Part shown: in pieces, positions 20,446-29,946 of the stretch
Position numbering within the stretch: the stretch's first letter is position 1
How the letters are laid out: every line of letters starts with the position of its first letter
Source of the DNA: Verrucomicrobiota bacterium
Lineage (GTDB): Bacteria; Verrucomicrobiota; Verrucomicrobiia; Limisphaerales; AAA164-E04
Reading direction: 5' to 3'
DNA: 64,000 nucleotides
NCBI GenBank assembly: GCA_047947115.1
Contig: CP170459.1
Location: 672,001-736,000, forward strand
Position numbers and translations under genes: made by a program
Notes under the pieces: model-generated
Told to the model about the DNA's origin: nothing
Seen by the model: the letters and a program-made list of their open reading frames with translations, nothing else
The model's database searches: none

Positions 20446-22737
20446 ATGCATCCGATGACTCCATTCAGAAGAAAAAGGTTCCTGCCGGGTCATGGACCAG
20501 GGATTCTTGGAAAGGTTGCAATCCTGGCCGTGATTTTGAACTCCTTCTTATTCGCATGGTCACCGCTTCAGGCCCAGTTGCCACAGGCCCGTCTGGACAC
20601 CATCTTCCCACCCGGCGGCAAACAGGGAACGGAAGTTGAGATACGCTTGACCGGAGAGCATCTGGATGGGGTGATGCAGGTTTTATTTTCACACCCGGGC
20701 ATTCAATCCGACATCAAACCGGATGAATCTTCCGCTCATTCCACACCACCTTCCTTTCACATTTCGATTTCGGCTGAAGTTCCTCCGGGTTTTTATGAAG
20801 TGAGAACCGCAGGATATTTTGGAGTTTCTAATCCACGTTGTTTTGTCGTCGGCACCAAAGCCGAAATTCAAAAGCAGGGCAAACCCCATCATCCAGAACA
20901 GGCGATCAAAGTACCTCTCGAAACCATTGTCAATGGCACCGTCGATCCACAGGCCATTGATCATTTTGTTGTGTCATTGGAAGCAGATCGTTCTTACACG
21001 ATCGAATGCCTCGCGAAATCGATTGATTCAAAACTGAACCCGTCCTTGATCGTCCTTGATCCAAAAGGCCGGGAATGTGCCCGGGCCCGGTCCGGAGGGA
21101 TGGTGCATTTCCAGACTCAACATGCTGGCTCTTACATCATCCGTCTTCACGACACTTTGTTTGAAGGAGGCGCTTCTCACTTTTACCGACTGCGAACGAC
21201 AAGTCTTCCATGTATCGATTTGGCTTTACCAATCAACGGCGCTCCAGGACAAGCGACATCGCATGTCCGGACCTTGGCTACAGAACCCGCGCAGGCGGAA
21301 ATGGAATCCAATGACGTGCCCGAACAGGCGCAAACGATTCAATTACCTTGCGAACTGTCCGGTACTTTTGATCCCTCTGGGGACGTGGATCGATTTCAAT
21401 TCGAATCGAAGAAAGGAGATACGTGGTGGCTGGAAGTATTTTCCCACCGGATGGGACACCCCACCAGTCCTTTTCTTCTTGTTCAAAGAATGGAGAAGCT
21501 AGCGGATACCACGATCACACTACACGACATCAAGGAAGTCTACGCACAGACGAAAAATCCCTTGGGTCGGGCGCTGGATCTGAGTCATCGAGATCCGGAC
21601 TGGCGTTTTGATGTGCCACAGGATGGAATCTATCAGGTGAGACTCAATGATTTGTTTCAACACTCCGGCGCTCCCGGCACTCATCCATACCGGCTAAGCA
21701 TTCGAAATCCACAACCCGATTTCACCCTGATCGCCGTCACATCCCACCCTCAACCAATCAACAATGATGCGCGTACCATTCGCCCCAGTGAACCATTGTT
21801 GCGACAAGGAATGACCTGGCCCTTGGAAGTTGCCGTGATTCGACATGATGGTTTCAATGGACCCATCAAACTGGAATCATCCGGTTTGCCGAATGGAATC
21901 AAGAGCGCGCCGGGCCGGATCGCTGAAGGTGAGGATCGAGGGTGGATTTTCCTGACCGCATCCACCAACGCCCTTTCATCATGGAAATCGATTTCGATTA
22001 CAGGCAGCGCTTCCATCGGTGACAAGGATGTGGTTCGACAAGTCAAAAGCGCCACCACCCTTTGGACGGTGGACGACTACAACAACACCCCATTGGAACA
22101 ACGCCTGGCAAACGCTCAATGGGTGGCCACTGTTGCGGAAGAAGTCGCGCCGATTGTGATCACGCCCGTAGAACCGATCATCCAGATCGCCACCGATCAA
22201 AAAGTGGATATTCCCCTGACGGTTCAATGGAATACCGGAGCGGAAGCTGCCCTCAAGATCAAACCCGTTGGCATTCCTTCCGCGGAAAAATTGCCCGAAC
22301 TGGAAATCAAACCCGACCAGTCCAACTACACCTATTCCTTGAACTTGAACGAGCTGAAATTAGCCTCGGGAAATTACTCCCTTTCATGGTTTGGTCAGAC
22401 AAAAGTCAAATACCGCAACCAACCACAAGCAGCCGAGCACTTCAAAACCAGGTTAAAGGAAGCGGAGGCCCAACTTAACGAAGTCAAAGCAGCAGCACAG
22501 GCAGCAGAGGCATTACTTGCCCAGGCTGGAGATAACGAGGAGCAACAACAGAACGCCCAACGTGAACTGGCATCAGCCCGTCTCAAACTCAAAGATGCGG
22601 AAACCAATCAGTCCACCGCAGCACTGCAAGCCAAACAGGCCGAAGAGCGCGCCAAACAGCGAGATGTTGATTGGATGGTTTATGCCGCACCAATCACTCT
22701 TCACCTTTCCCCGGCACAATCCAAGGAGGAACAATAA
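20446..22737 (+). CDS. Exported PPC (pre-peptidase C-terminal)-domain protein with C-terminal coiled coil
   Basis: Signal peptide; IFPPGGKQGTEVEI, GVSNPRCFVVG, EMESND, GDVDRFQF, YRLSIR; Ala/Glu/Gln-rich helical tail. Confidence 0.78.
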   Translation: MHPMTPFRRKRFLPGHGPGILGKVAILAVILNSFLFAWSPLQAQLPQARLDTIFPPGGKQGTEVEIRLTGEHLDGVMQVLFSHPGIQSDIKPDESSAHSTPPSFHISISAEVPPGFYEVRTAGYFGVSNPRCFVVGTKAEIQKQGKPHHPEQAIKVPLETIVNGTVDPQAIDHFVVSLEADRSYTIECLAKSIDSKLNPSLIVLDPKGRECARARSGGMVHFQTQHAGSYIIRLHDTLFEGGASHFYRLRTTSLPCIDLALPINGAPGQATSHVRTLATEPAQAEMESNDVPEQAQTIQLPCELSGTFDPSGDVDRFQFESKKGDTWWLEVFSHRMGHPTSPFLLVQRMEKLADTTITLHDIKEVYAQTKNPLGRALDLSHRDPDWRFDVPQDGIYQVRLNDLFQHSGAPGTHPYRLSIRNPQPDFTLIAVTSHPQPINNDARTIRPSEPLLRQGMTWPLEVAVIRHDGFNGPIKLESSGLPNGIKSAPGRIAEGEDRGWIFLTASTNALSSWKSISITGSASIGDKDVVRQVKSATTLWTVDDYNNTPLEQRLANAQWVATVAEEVAPIVITPVEPIIQIATDQKVDIPLTVQWNTGAEAALKIKPVGIPSAEKLPELEIKPDQSNYTYSLNLNELKLASGNYSLSWFGQTKVKYRNQPQAAEHFKTRLKEAEAQLNEVKAAAQAAEALLAQAGDNEEQQQNAQRELASARLKLKDAETNQSTAALQAKQAEERAKQRDVDWMVYAAPITLHLSPAQSKEEQ

Positions 22738-25700
22738 TGAAATTTCCGAATGGCAACCGCATGTGCCACCTGAAGGGCTCATTGTCAATCGCAGTTGCGA
22801 TTCTGTGTCTGTTTGCTTCCGTCGTGATGGCCGGTCCGGACGCGGGCAATTTAAAACCTGTGGATTTCGAATCAGAACTGCTGCCCGTTTTTAAGGCAAA
22901 TTGTCTCGCCTGCCATTCCAGCAGTAAAGCAAAAGGCGGACTCAATCTGGAAACTCCACAGACCATTCTGAATGGCTCAGATTCGGGTGTGGCGGTGGTA
23001 CCGGGGAAAGGGAACGAAAGCTTTCTATATCAGGTCACAGCGAATCTGGTGGAAGACACGGTCATGCCGCCAAAGGATAACAAATCCAATGCGTTGCCTT
23101 TCACCACATCGGAACTGGAGCTGCTTCGGCGCTGGATTGATGAGGGAGCAAAAGGAGAAGTGCGCGGAACTAGGACGCTTCAATGGCAGGCCATGCCACC
23201 CGGTTTGCAGGCCGTTCATGCGGTGGCACTCAGCCCGGATGGTTCGCTTGTTGTTTGCGGTCGTGCGAACCAGATCCACGCCTATCATGTCAGTTCCCGA
23301 CAGTTGGAGGCACGGCTGGGGGATCCTTCCCTTGCCGATTCCAATATCTACGGTATGCAGGGAGCTGCACATTTGGATTTTGTGCAATCGCTGGCTTTCA
23401 GTCCGGACAGCAGACTGCTTGCCTCGGGTGGTTACCGGGTTATCAAATTGTGGAAACGAACCTTTGAAACTGAGGCTTCTCAGGCAGAGTTAAAAACTTT
23501 TTTCTCGAACCAGACATGTTGTAGTTCCATCACTGCAAACGGCAACATCGCTGTCCGGGACATTTCCATTCAACGTCCTCGTCTGGAATTTGGAATAACC
23601 GGTCACCACTTCGCCTGTGCTGAAATATCCCCCGATCATGCGCTGCTAGCGGCAGGAAGTCTTGAAGGAAATTTATGCCTTTGGCGACTCGTTGATGGGC
23701 AATTGATCCACCGGGAAAAGCAGGTCGGAGCGGTACGCTTCATCAAGTGGTTGCCCGATCAGTCAGGTTTATTTACCGCGGGAAGGGATACTCTCATTCG
23801 AAAATGGACCCTCACCAACGAGGTTAAAGATTCCATGCGCTTGCAAAGTGTTTGGGAGGCCCATGAAGGAGAAGTACGGACATTGGATCTTGTTTCCGAT
23901 CCCATTCCCTTTTTGGTATCGGGTGGAACGGATGGTTCGCTGAAATACTGGAGCTTGGAAGATGAAGCATTAAATCAAACCATCACCACTGACAAAGGCA
24001 TAATCCGAGGCTTCGTGTTCAATGAAACGAAGAACCAATCGATCACATTGAGCGACAATGGTTCCCTTCTGGTATGGAATGTGGAAACTGGCGAGCAAAT
24101 CATGGAGATGCAGCCCCATTCCAAGGAAGGCCAAAACCTCGCAGCCGCAGAACGAAAACAAGCCATGGTCGAGTCGTGGTTGAAGGCGAACCAAGCCGAT
24201 CTCAAATCCCTTGAGGATGAGTCCACCAAGGCAAAGGAACGTCAAACAAAAGCCAAAGAAGCCCTGGATGCCGCCGAAAAGCAATTCAAGGACAAGGAAC
24301 ACGCCGTTCATCTTGCCTCAGAAAAAGCGAGTCAGGAACGGCAGGTATTGAATCAATTACAAGACGACATTCAAAAAGCAAGCGAAGCATTCGAACTCGC
24401 CGAAACAAAAGCGAACGAAGCAAAGGCAAAGGCTCTGGAAGCTGCCCATCCATCTGAACCACCGGACGAAGAGAGCCATGTCGATTTTCAATCATTGGAG
24501 GTCCTCATCAAGGAAACGGCAGAACAATCGTTTGCTGCAGGACGTGCAAAAGAAGCCTTCGATCGCATCACTGCCAATAAGGACGAAAAGCTCGAGCAGC
24601 TACAGAAAGCGGCAGAAGAATCCGAGAAACTAATCAAACAACTGGAAGGTGAATTGGCGCCCCTCAAAATGACATTCTCACTTGCCAAAACAGAATGGAA
24701 CCTTGCCACCCAGTCCGAACAAAGCAATGCGACCGCTCTGGAACAAATGCAGCATACGATTGCCGAACGCGAGCAACAATTGAACATGGCAACCATGGAG
24801 GTGGAACAACACCAAACCGCGGCAAACCCACTTTCAATCGGCGACTGGATGCTTTCGGTTTCATTGGATGGCACCATGCTGGCCGCCGTCTCAGCGGACG
24901 GTTCGTGGCGCACCTGGAACATCATCGACGGCACCCCGCTCGAGTGTGGACAACTCAACGCCCAAACGGTCGATAAGGTCCTTGCCAGGCCGAACGGGAA
25001 CGGATGGCTGATTGCGAGTGACAACAGCTTGAGTGTCTTAAACTCCAAACCAACCTGGGTGCTGGATAGCATCCTCGGCACCGGCAATCACGATTCCCCC
25101 ATACGCGATCGAGTCAATGCACTGGCTTTTTCACCGGACGGCACATGGTTGGTTGCCGGCGGAGGCGAACCCAGTCGAAGCGGTGAATTGACGATCTGGA
25201 GCATGGACCATCGCACACTAGCCCAAAATCTGGACCGCATTCACAGCGATGCAATCCTAGGATTGGCCTTTTCTCCGGACGGACAGTTTCTGGCTTCTGC
25301 CGGAACAGACAAGTTCGCCCGTGTCCTGGATTGGCAATCGAAAAAAATCCTGCTGAACCTCGAAGGTCACACACACCACGTCATGGACGTCGCATGGAAA
25401 GCGGACGGAAGACAACTAGCCACCGCCGGAGCCGACAAAGTCGTAAAGATTTGGGACTACCCATCGGGCAACAGAAAGAAAAACGTGGAAGGATTTGAAA
25501 AAGAAATCACAAGCGTTTGCTTCGCCGGATTGAACGATCAACTGATCGCCGCTTCCGGAGATGCCACCATGCGTCTGGTCAACACTGAAGGAAAAGAAAT
25601 CAGAAGATTCGAATCCATCCCGGACTTCCAACAATCCACCTCCATCACTCCAGATGGAAACCTGATCGCGACGGGTGGTGACGATGGGAGCATTAGGATC

Positions 25701-25748
25701 TACCATGCCGACCGAAACCAACCGGACCTTGTTTTCGAGGCTCCGTGA
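22737..25748 (+). CDS. Planctomycete cytochrome c / WD40-repeat protein with central coiled coil
   Basis: TAATG overlap with the upstream stop and SD AAGGAGGA; VDFESELLPVFKANCLACH; many WD40 units (LAFSPDG, GHTHHVMDVAWKADG); long E/K/A/Q-rich segment. Confidence 0.9.
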   Translation: MKFPNGNRMCHLKGSLSIAVAILCLFASVVMAGPDAGNLKPVDFESELLPVFKANCLACHSSSKAKGGLNLETPQTILNGSDSGVAVVPGKGNESFLYQVTANLVEDTVMPPKDNKSNALPFTTSELELLRRWIDEGAKGEVRGTRTLQWQAMPPGLQAVHAVALSPDGSLVVCGRANQIHAYHVSSRQLEARLGDPSLADSNIYGMQGAAHLDFVQSLAFSPDSRLLASGGYRVIKLWKRTFETEASQAELKTFFSNQTCCSSITANGNIAVRDISIQRPRLEFGITGHHFACAEISPDHALLAAGSLEGNLCLWRLVDGQLIHREKQVGAVRFIKWLPDQSGLFTAGRDTLIRKWTLTNEVKDSMRLQSVWEAHEGEVRTLDLVSDPIPFLVSGGTDGSLKYWSLEDEALNQTITTDKGIIRGFVFNETKNQSITLSDNGSLLVWNVETGEQIMEMQPHSKEGQNLAAAERKQAMVESWLKANQADLKSLEDESTKAKERQTKAKEALDAAEKQFKDKEHAVHLASEKASQERQVLNQLQDDIQKASEAFELAETKANEAKAKALEAAHPSEPPDEESHVDFQSLEVLIKETAEQSFAAGRAKEAFDRITANKDEKLEQLQKAAEESEKLIKQLEGELAPLKMTFSLAKTEWNLATQSEQSNATALEQMQHTIAEREQQLNMATMEVEQHQTAANPLSIGDWMLSVSLDGTMLAAVSADGSWRTWNIIDGTPLECGQLNAQTVDKVLARPNGNGWLIASDNSLSVLNSKPTWVLDSILGTGNHDSPIRDRVNALAFSPDGTWLVAGGGEPSRSGELTIWSMDHRTLAQNLDRIHSDAILGLAFSPDGQFLASAGTDKFARVLDWQSKKILLNLEGHTHHVMDVAWKADGRQLATAGADKVVKIWDYPSGNRKKNVEGFEKEITSVCFAGLNDQLIAASGDATMRLVNTEGKEIRRFESIPDFQQSTSITPDGNLIATGGDDGSIRIYHADRNQPDLVFEAP

Positions 25749-25761
25749 TTCTGGTTAAAGG

Positions 25762-26510
25762 CTCTTCATCATTCCGCTCAATTTCACGATAGAGCTAAGT
25801 CAACACTTCAGGTAGACTTCAATCAATGTCCGGTAACTCACACCCTACAGAAAAAGGCAAAAAACTCCAGACCCTTACCTTGATCGAGGAGCTGAACGGG
25901 GGCTATGTCTGCCCTCCGGTCGCCCGACCAGCCTGGCGCGCCGCTTATGAAGCAGGGGTGGATATGGCGCTGCTGGAAGAAAAACTCGCCATGACACCGG
26001 CTGAAAGATTAGAGGCTCATCACAAAGCAATAAACCGGATCCTGGCTTTACGGGATTCAATGATTCAAGGAAACGAAACGATGGGACGCGAACACGATCT
26101 GATTGCCGTAAGGCAGTTGAAGGCGATTCGGTAAAGGCAGCAACGAGGAGAATGATGGGGTTTGTTGTTGTTTTTGTCTCACACAAAAACAACAAGACAC
26201 AAAGTTCTGATGATGCGATTGAACTTAACCAAAAGAGTATTGAGACTTTGGTTGGTCATTCTTGTGACGTTGACCATCTCGGTTGGATTGAAACTGGCGA
26301 ATACAGAACCTCCTCTCAATGAACCGTCAGAATTTGAGAGTGCCAATGCTGCCAATGACAGCGCCCATTTGGACATCACCCTGGACGAAATACTGGCTGC
26401 GAATAAAAAACGTGATGCCCTCGTTTTTACCGAAATCCCTGAGCATGCCATGGCTCCTTCCACTCGTTACAGGATCGAATTTACTGCGACGACCGCCGAC
26501 TTTTACCCTT
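25762..26510 (+). repeat. Diverged direct duplication, copy B
   Basis: Aligns with about 15686-16365. Confidence 0.9.
25826..26134 (+). CDS. Small hypothetical protein, paralog of 15802..16077
   Basis: Differences from copy A are mostly synonymous. The stop TAA corresponds to GAA in copy A. Confidence 0.65.
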   Translation: MSGNSHPTEKGKKLQTLTLIEELNGGYVCPPVARPAWRAAYEAGVDMALLEEKLAMTPAERLEAHHKAINRILALRDSMIQGNETMGREHDLIAVRQLKAIR

Positions 26511-27289
26511 ATCGGCCTTTTGATTATTATCATGTAGATGGATGGATCGTAACAGCTCCTGAAGGGGTGGTATGTTCAGTGGACTATCGACCGGCTGTTC
26601 CGATCACCTATATCAAAGGATGGTCATCCGCCGAAAGAGAGCAACGGACAGGCATCACTACTGGCTACACCCACAGGGAAGGGGTCATGTATCTCACTCT
26701 GAGGAAAAAGTTACTCTTTGCACGTAGCCGGACCAAAGCGGCTTCATTGAGTGTTAGTGAACAGTGGTCGGTGAGCGAAAACAACAAACCCGAACGACTG
26801 GAACCCATCGTCCAAGTTTTGCATACGGCGCCTTACTTCGAGCAGTTGCAAATGTTGTGAGCTCTTGGATTCCTGGCTTCAGAGAAACTGGCGAATCCTG
26901 TGGAACAACGCCAGGAAGTCTATGTGAGCAATGGAAATCTGGAGAGTCGCCACATCATCCAAAATCCCAATGGCAACAAAACAGCAGTAGAATACGACAA
27001 AGATTGGCCTGCCTTGGTTCGCAGTCTGGAGGTCTTTCGCCAAAATCGCCAACTGACAAGGTGGTCTGTTAAAACGGAAGGAACCATCCTCGCCGGAAAT
27101 TTGGTTCTCCCCAGTTCCGGAAAATGGTCCACCTACTCATATCGGAATGATGAAAATCATGACCAGGTTCACGATGAATCCTTCTGGCACGTCGAAATCA
27201 AGAAAGCTGAAACCCTTTCACCAAAGCCAGTCCATGAATGGCCCGAATTCCTCGAAGCAATGAAGGTGATTGAACAAAGCAAGAATTAA
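26213..27289 (+). pseudogene. Membrane-anchored/exported hypothetical protein interrupted by one in-frame TGA (26858-26860)
   Basis: ORFs 26162..26860 and 26900..27289 share a frame, with only the TGA between them (QML*ALGFLASEKLANPVEQ). N-terminal hydrophobic helix. Confidence 0.65.
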
Positions 27290-27327
27290 GTATTGATGTT
27301 CTGTCATTTTAGTATTACCATGAACGC

Positions 27328-27558
27328 ATGCCAGTTGTTTCTGTCAAATTAGATTCTCAAGAATTCCAAAGGTTAAAGGCAGAAGCTAGCCGTTTGGGCA
27401 TTTCTCAATCCGAAATGATTCGACAAGGATTGAAAACAGTCATGGAAAACAAGGCTAAAACATCGCTTGCAGATCGAATGCGGGATCTCATCAACGATGT
27501 GAAAGCTCCTGAAGATCTTTCAACAAATCCCGAGTACTTGAAAGACTATGGCAAATAA
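27328..27558 (+). CDS. CopG/ribbon-helix-helix antitoxin (VapB-like)
   Basis: VVSVKLD...LKAEASRLGISQSEMIRQGL; C-terminal PEDLSTNPEYLKDYG; overlaps the PIN gene. Confidence 0.82.
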   Translation: MPVVSVKLDSQEFQRLKAEASRLGISQSEMIRQGLKTVMENKAKTSLADRMRDLINDVKAPEDLSTNPEYLKDYGK

Positions 27559-27967
27559 GATCATCGTCGATTCAGGTCCACTGGTTGCCTTGTTAAGTCC
27601 CCGGGATCGTGCACACGAATGGTGTTTGAGCCAAATAGAAACTTTCGAAGAACCGTTGGTGACTTGCGATGCTGTCCTTTCCGAAGCTTTCTTTTTGTTG
27701 AAACGTCACGCTGACAGGGGTTCAGAGGAACTCATGGAAATGATTCGCAGAGGATTGGTTCGATCTATGTTCAGTTTTTCGGAAAAGGAAGACCGAATAC
27801 TGTCCATCATGAAGAAGTATGCCAAACTACCCACCTCTTTTGCTGATTCGTGCCTGGTAGCCATGGCCGAGCAGTTCAAAAACGCCAAGGTTTGGACCCT
27901 GGACAGCGATTTCCGAATCTACCGAAAAATAGATCGACGCCTCATCCCACTTATCATCCCCTATTAG
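27548..27967 (+). CDS. vapC: PIN-domain (VapC-family) toxin
   Basis: IIVDSGPLVA, VLSEAFFLL, SFADSCLV, WTLDSDFRIYR. Confidence 0.9.
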   Translation: MANKIIVDSGPLVALLSPRDRAHEWCLSQIETFEEPLVTCDAVLSEAFFLLKRHADRGSEELMEMIRRGLVRSMFSFSEKEDRILSIMKKYAKLPTSFADSCLVAMAEQFKNAKVWTLDSDFRIYRKIDRRLIPLIIPY

Positions 27968-28204
27968 AGTTCCCCATTCCACCCCAGATACCGCCCTTGC
28001 CCTGTGAACTTCCATTTCTTAGTGGATTGTGGTTGAAAAACATAATCATCAACCGGTTTTGAAGAGAGTATACGGATCAAGGTTTGGAATCGAATAATAG
28101 AAATGGCTCCACGGTATCACCCACCTGTAAATCCTGTTCATCTCGCGGTAGCTGTCAAAAAAATTTGTCCGGTTTTGCTCCGTTTGTCCATATTCTTATA
28201 GGAA

Positions 28205-28465
28205 ATGGAAGATTGGAAACAATTAGCCGAATACGTAAAGTCCGGATCGGAATCCGCCTTTGAGTCGGTGGTCAACGAACACCTGCAGATGGTGTACGCC
28301 ACCGCCTTGCGCAAGACCGGTAACAGGGATGCCGCCGAAGAGGTGACCCAATCCACCTTTATCGTGTTGACGGAGAAGGCGAAAACCCTCACCCCATCGG
28401 GTTCTTTGGGGGCCTGGCTTCATCGGACGGCTTTGCTGAAATCCAAGGAACGCATTAAAAAGGAC
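28205..28465 (+). pseudogene. ECF sigma-70 factor fragment (region 2 only)
   Basis: SESAFESVVNEHLQMVYATALRKTGNRDAAEEVTQSTFIVLTEKA...LGAWLHRTA. No region-4 HTH follows; the frame degenerates. Confidence 0.75.
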
Positions 28466-28563
28466 ATCCTCCAAGCGGAACGTCTGCAGAAGCTGAAAGA
28501 ACACGGAATGCCTCGACCCAAAATCCAGAAGAATCCCAATCCCTGCGCGACCAATTCCAGGCG

Positions 28564-29826
28564 TTGCTCACAGCTGAAGAAACGGCAAGATTTGCGGACG
28601 ATCCTGCGGAAACTTTTCTACAAGGTATACCGGTCGCACAGAGAGGGCAATTCTGGGAAATGATGATGGAGGCATTGAATGATCCTGAGTTGCACGTCAG
28701 GATTCGGGCCATGGGTTTGTTGCCCTTAATGTGGCCGCAACATAAGGAAGCATTGCCCTGGATCGAAGAGAAGTTGCGAGACGGTACCATTCAACCGGGT
28801 AAATGGATGGATAAAACCTTTTACGCCCTCAGCCAAATTTTGACCGAGCCTCAGGAGTACGCCAGCATCGTAGGTGCTCTGATGGAGACTTCGGAAGAAA
28901 TAAAACATAACGCCGGTTTTCAAGCTCCGATCATGATGGCAAAATTTAAAGATAGACCCGATGAAATTCGATCATTGCTGAATCCGTATTTAAAGGATGA
29001 AAATCCATCCAACCGTATGTTGGCAGCCCAGATCCTGGCACAGACGGAAGGTTCCGCGCCAACGGAAGCCATTGAAATTCTCGCTGGCTCCCTACAACCA
29101 GACCGGGATATTGAGGATGAAAATCAACGACTCACCTTAATGATTCTCTGGAAACTGGGCGCCAAGGCAGACACAGCCGTCCCTGCTTTGATGCAACTCG
29201 CGGACGCCAATCCGGATTGGGGCGAAATGGTGGATGTCCTGCTCAAAGCCATCAAACCCGAAGAACTGCAAGGCCACGCCATGCGCACGCCTTTGCCATC
29301 GATGACACCCGAAGCGCAGGCACTGATTGCTGAACTTGAATCCAATCCAAACACCCTCCAGACCATCATCCAGCGCATCGAATCCAATCAATTCACCCAA
29401 TCCGATGTCCTCGCGCTCGCTTCGTTGGAAACCGAAGCCAAAGCAGCCGTACCATCCCTGACATCGAGATTGAATGCTTTAATTGAATCGAATCCCCAAC
29501 AAGCCATGGAAGTCGGCGCGGCACTCGAAAGAATGCAACCGAACCTTCCAAAACCATTGCTCACCGCCTTGGATTTGGTGCCAGTCATACGAGAAATCAA
29601 CACGCAAACCGTTAACAACCCAAACAATCCTGAGGTAATGGACGCATTTCGTGAATGGTCACGTAACTTGATACAGTCCTCCCAGGGATTGATCCGACGC
29701 GAGGACATGGCAGCACAGGCATCACAATTGAAAGACATCCACCCCGACCTCTACCAACAATGGATCAAAGGCCTGATCAAACAGGATACCAACTGGAACG
29801 AATACCTCGAAAAACAATCCCGGTAG
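28564..29826 (+). CDS. HEAT-repeat-like helical protein, probably the orphaned C-terminal extension of the broken ECF gene
   Basis: ALNDPELHVRIRAM, LKDENPSNRMLAAQIL, LGAKADTAVPALMQL, EAKAAVPSL. The frame is open back to about 28458 without a good start. Confidence 0.6.
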   Translation: MLTAEETARFADDPAETFLQGIPVAQRGQFWEMMMEALNDPELHVRIRAMGLLPLMWPQHKEALPWIEEKLRDGTIQPGKWMDKTFYALSQILTEPQEYASIVGALMETSEEIKHNAGFQAPIMMAKFKDRPDEIRSLLNPYLKDENPSNRMLAAQILAQTEGSAPTEAIEILAGSLQPDRDIEDENQRLTLMILWKLGAKADTAVPALMQLADANPDWGEMVDVLLKAIKPEELQGHAMRTPLPSMTPEAQALIAELESNPNTLQTIIQRIESNQFTQSDVLALASLETEAKAAVPSLTSRLNALIESNPQQAMEVGAALERMQPNLPKPLLTALDLVPVIREINTQTVNNPNNPEVMDAFREWSRNLIQSSQGLIRREDMAAQASQLKDIHPDLYQQWIKGLIKQDTNWNEYLEKQSR

Positions 29827-29946
29827 GGCCGTGCTGCTGCGCGGCCGCGAACGCACATGCCGTATTCGAAGATCTATACACTCATTCGAACGCATCACAA
29901 CCACATCGCCATCGCATCCTGTTTATCCTGTAAATCCTGTCCAAAA

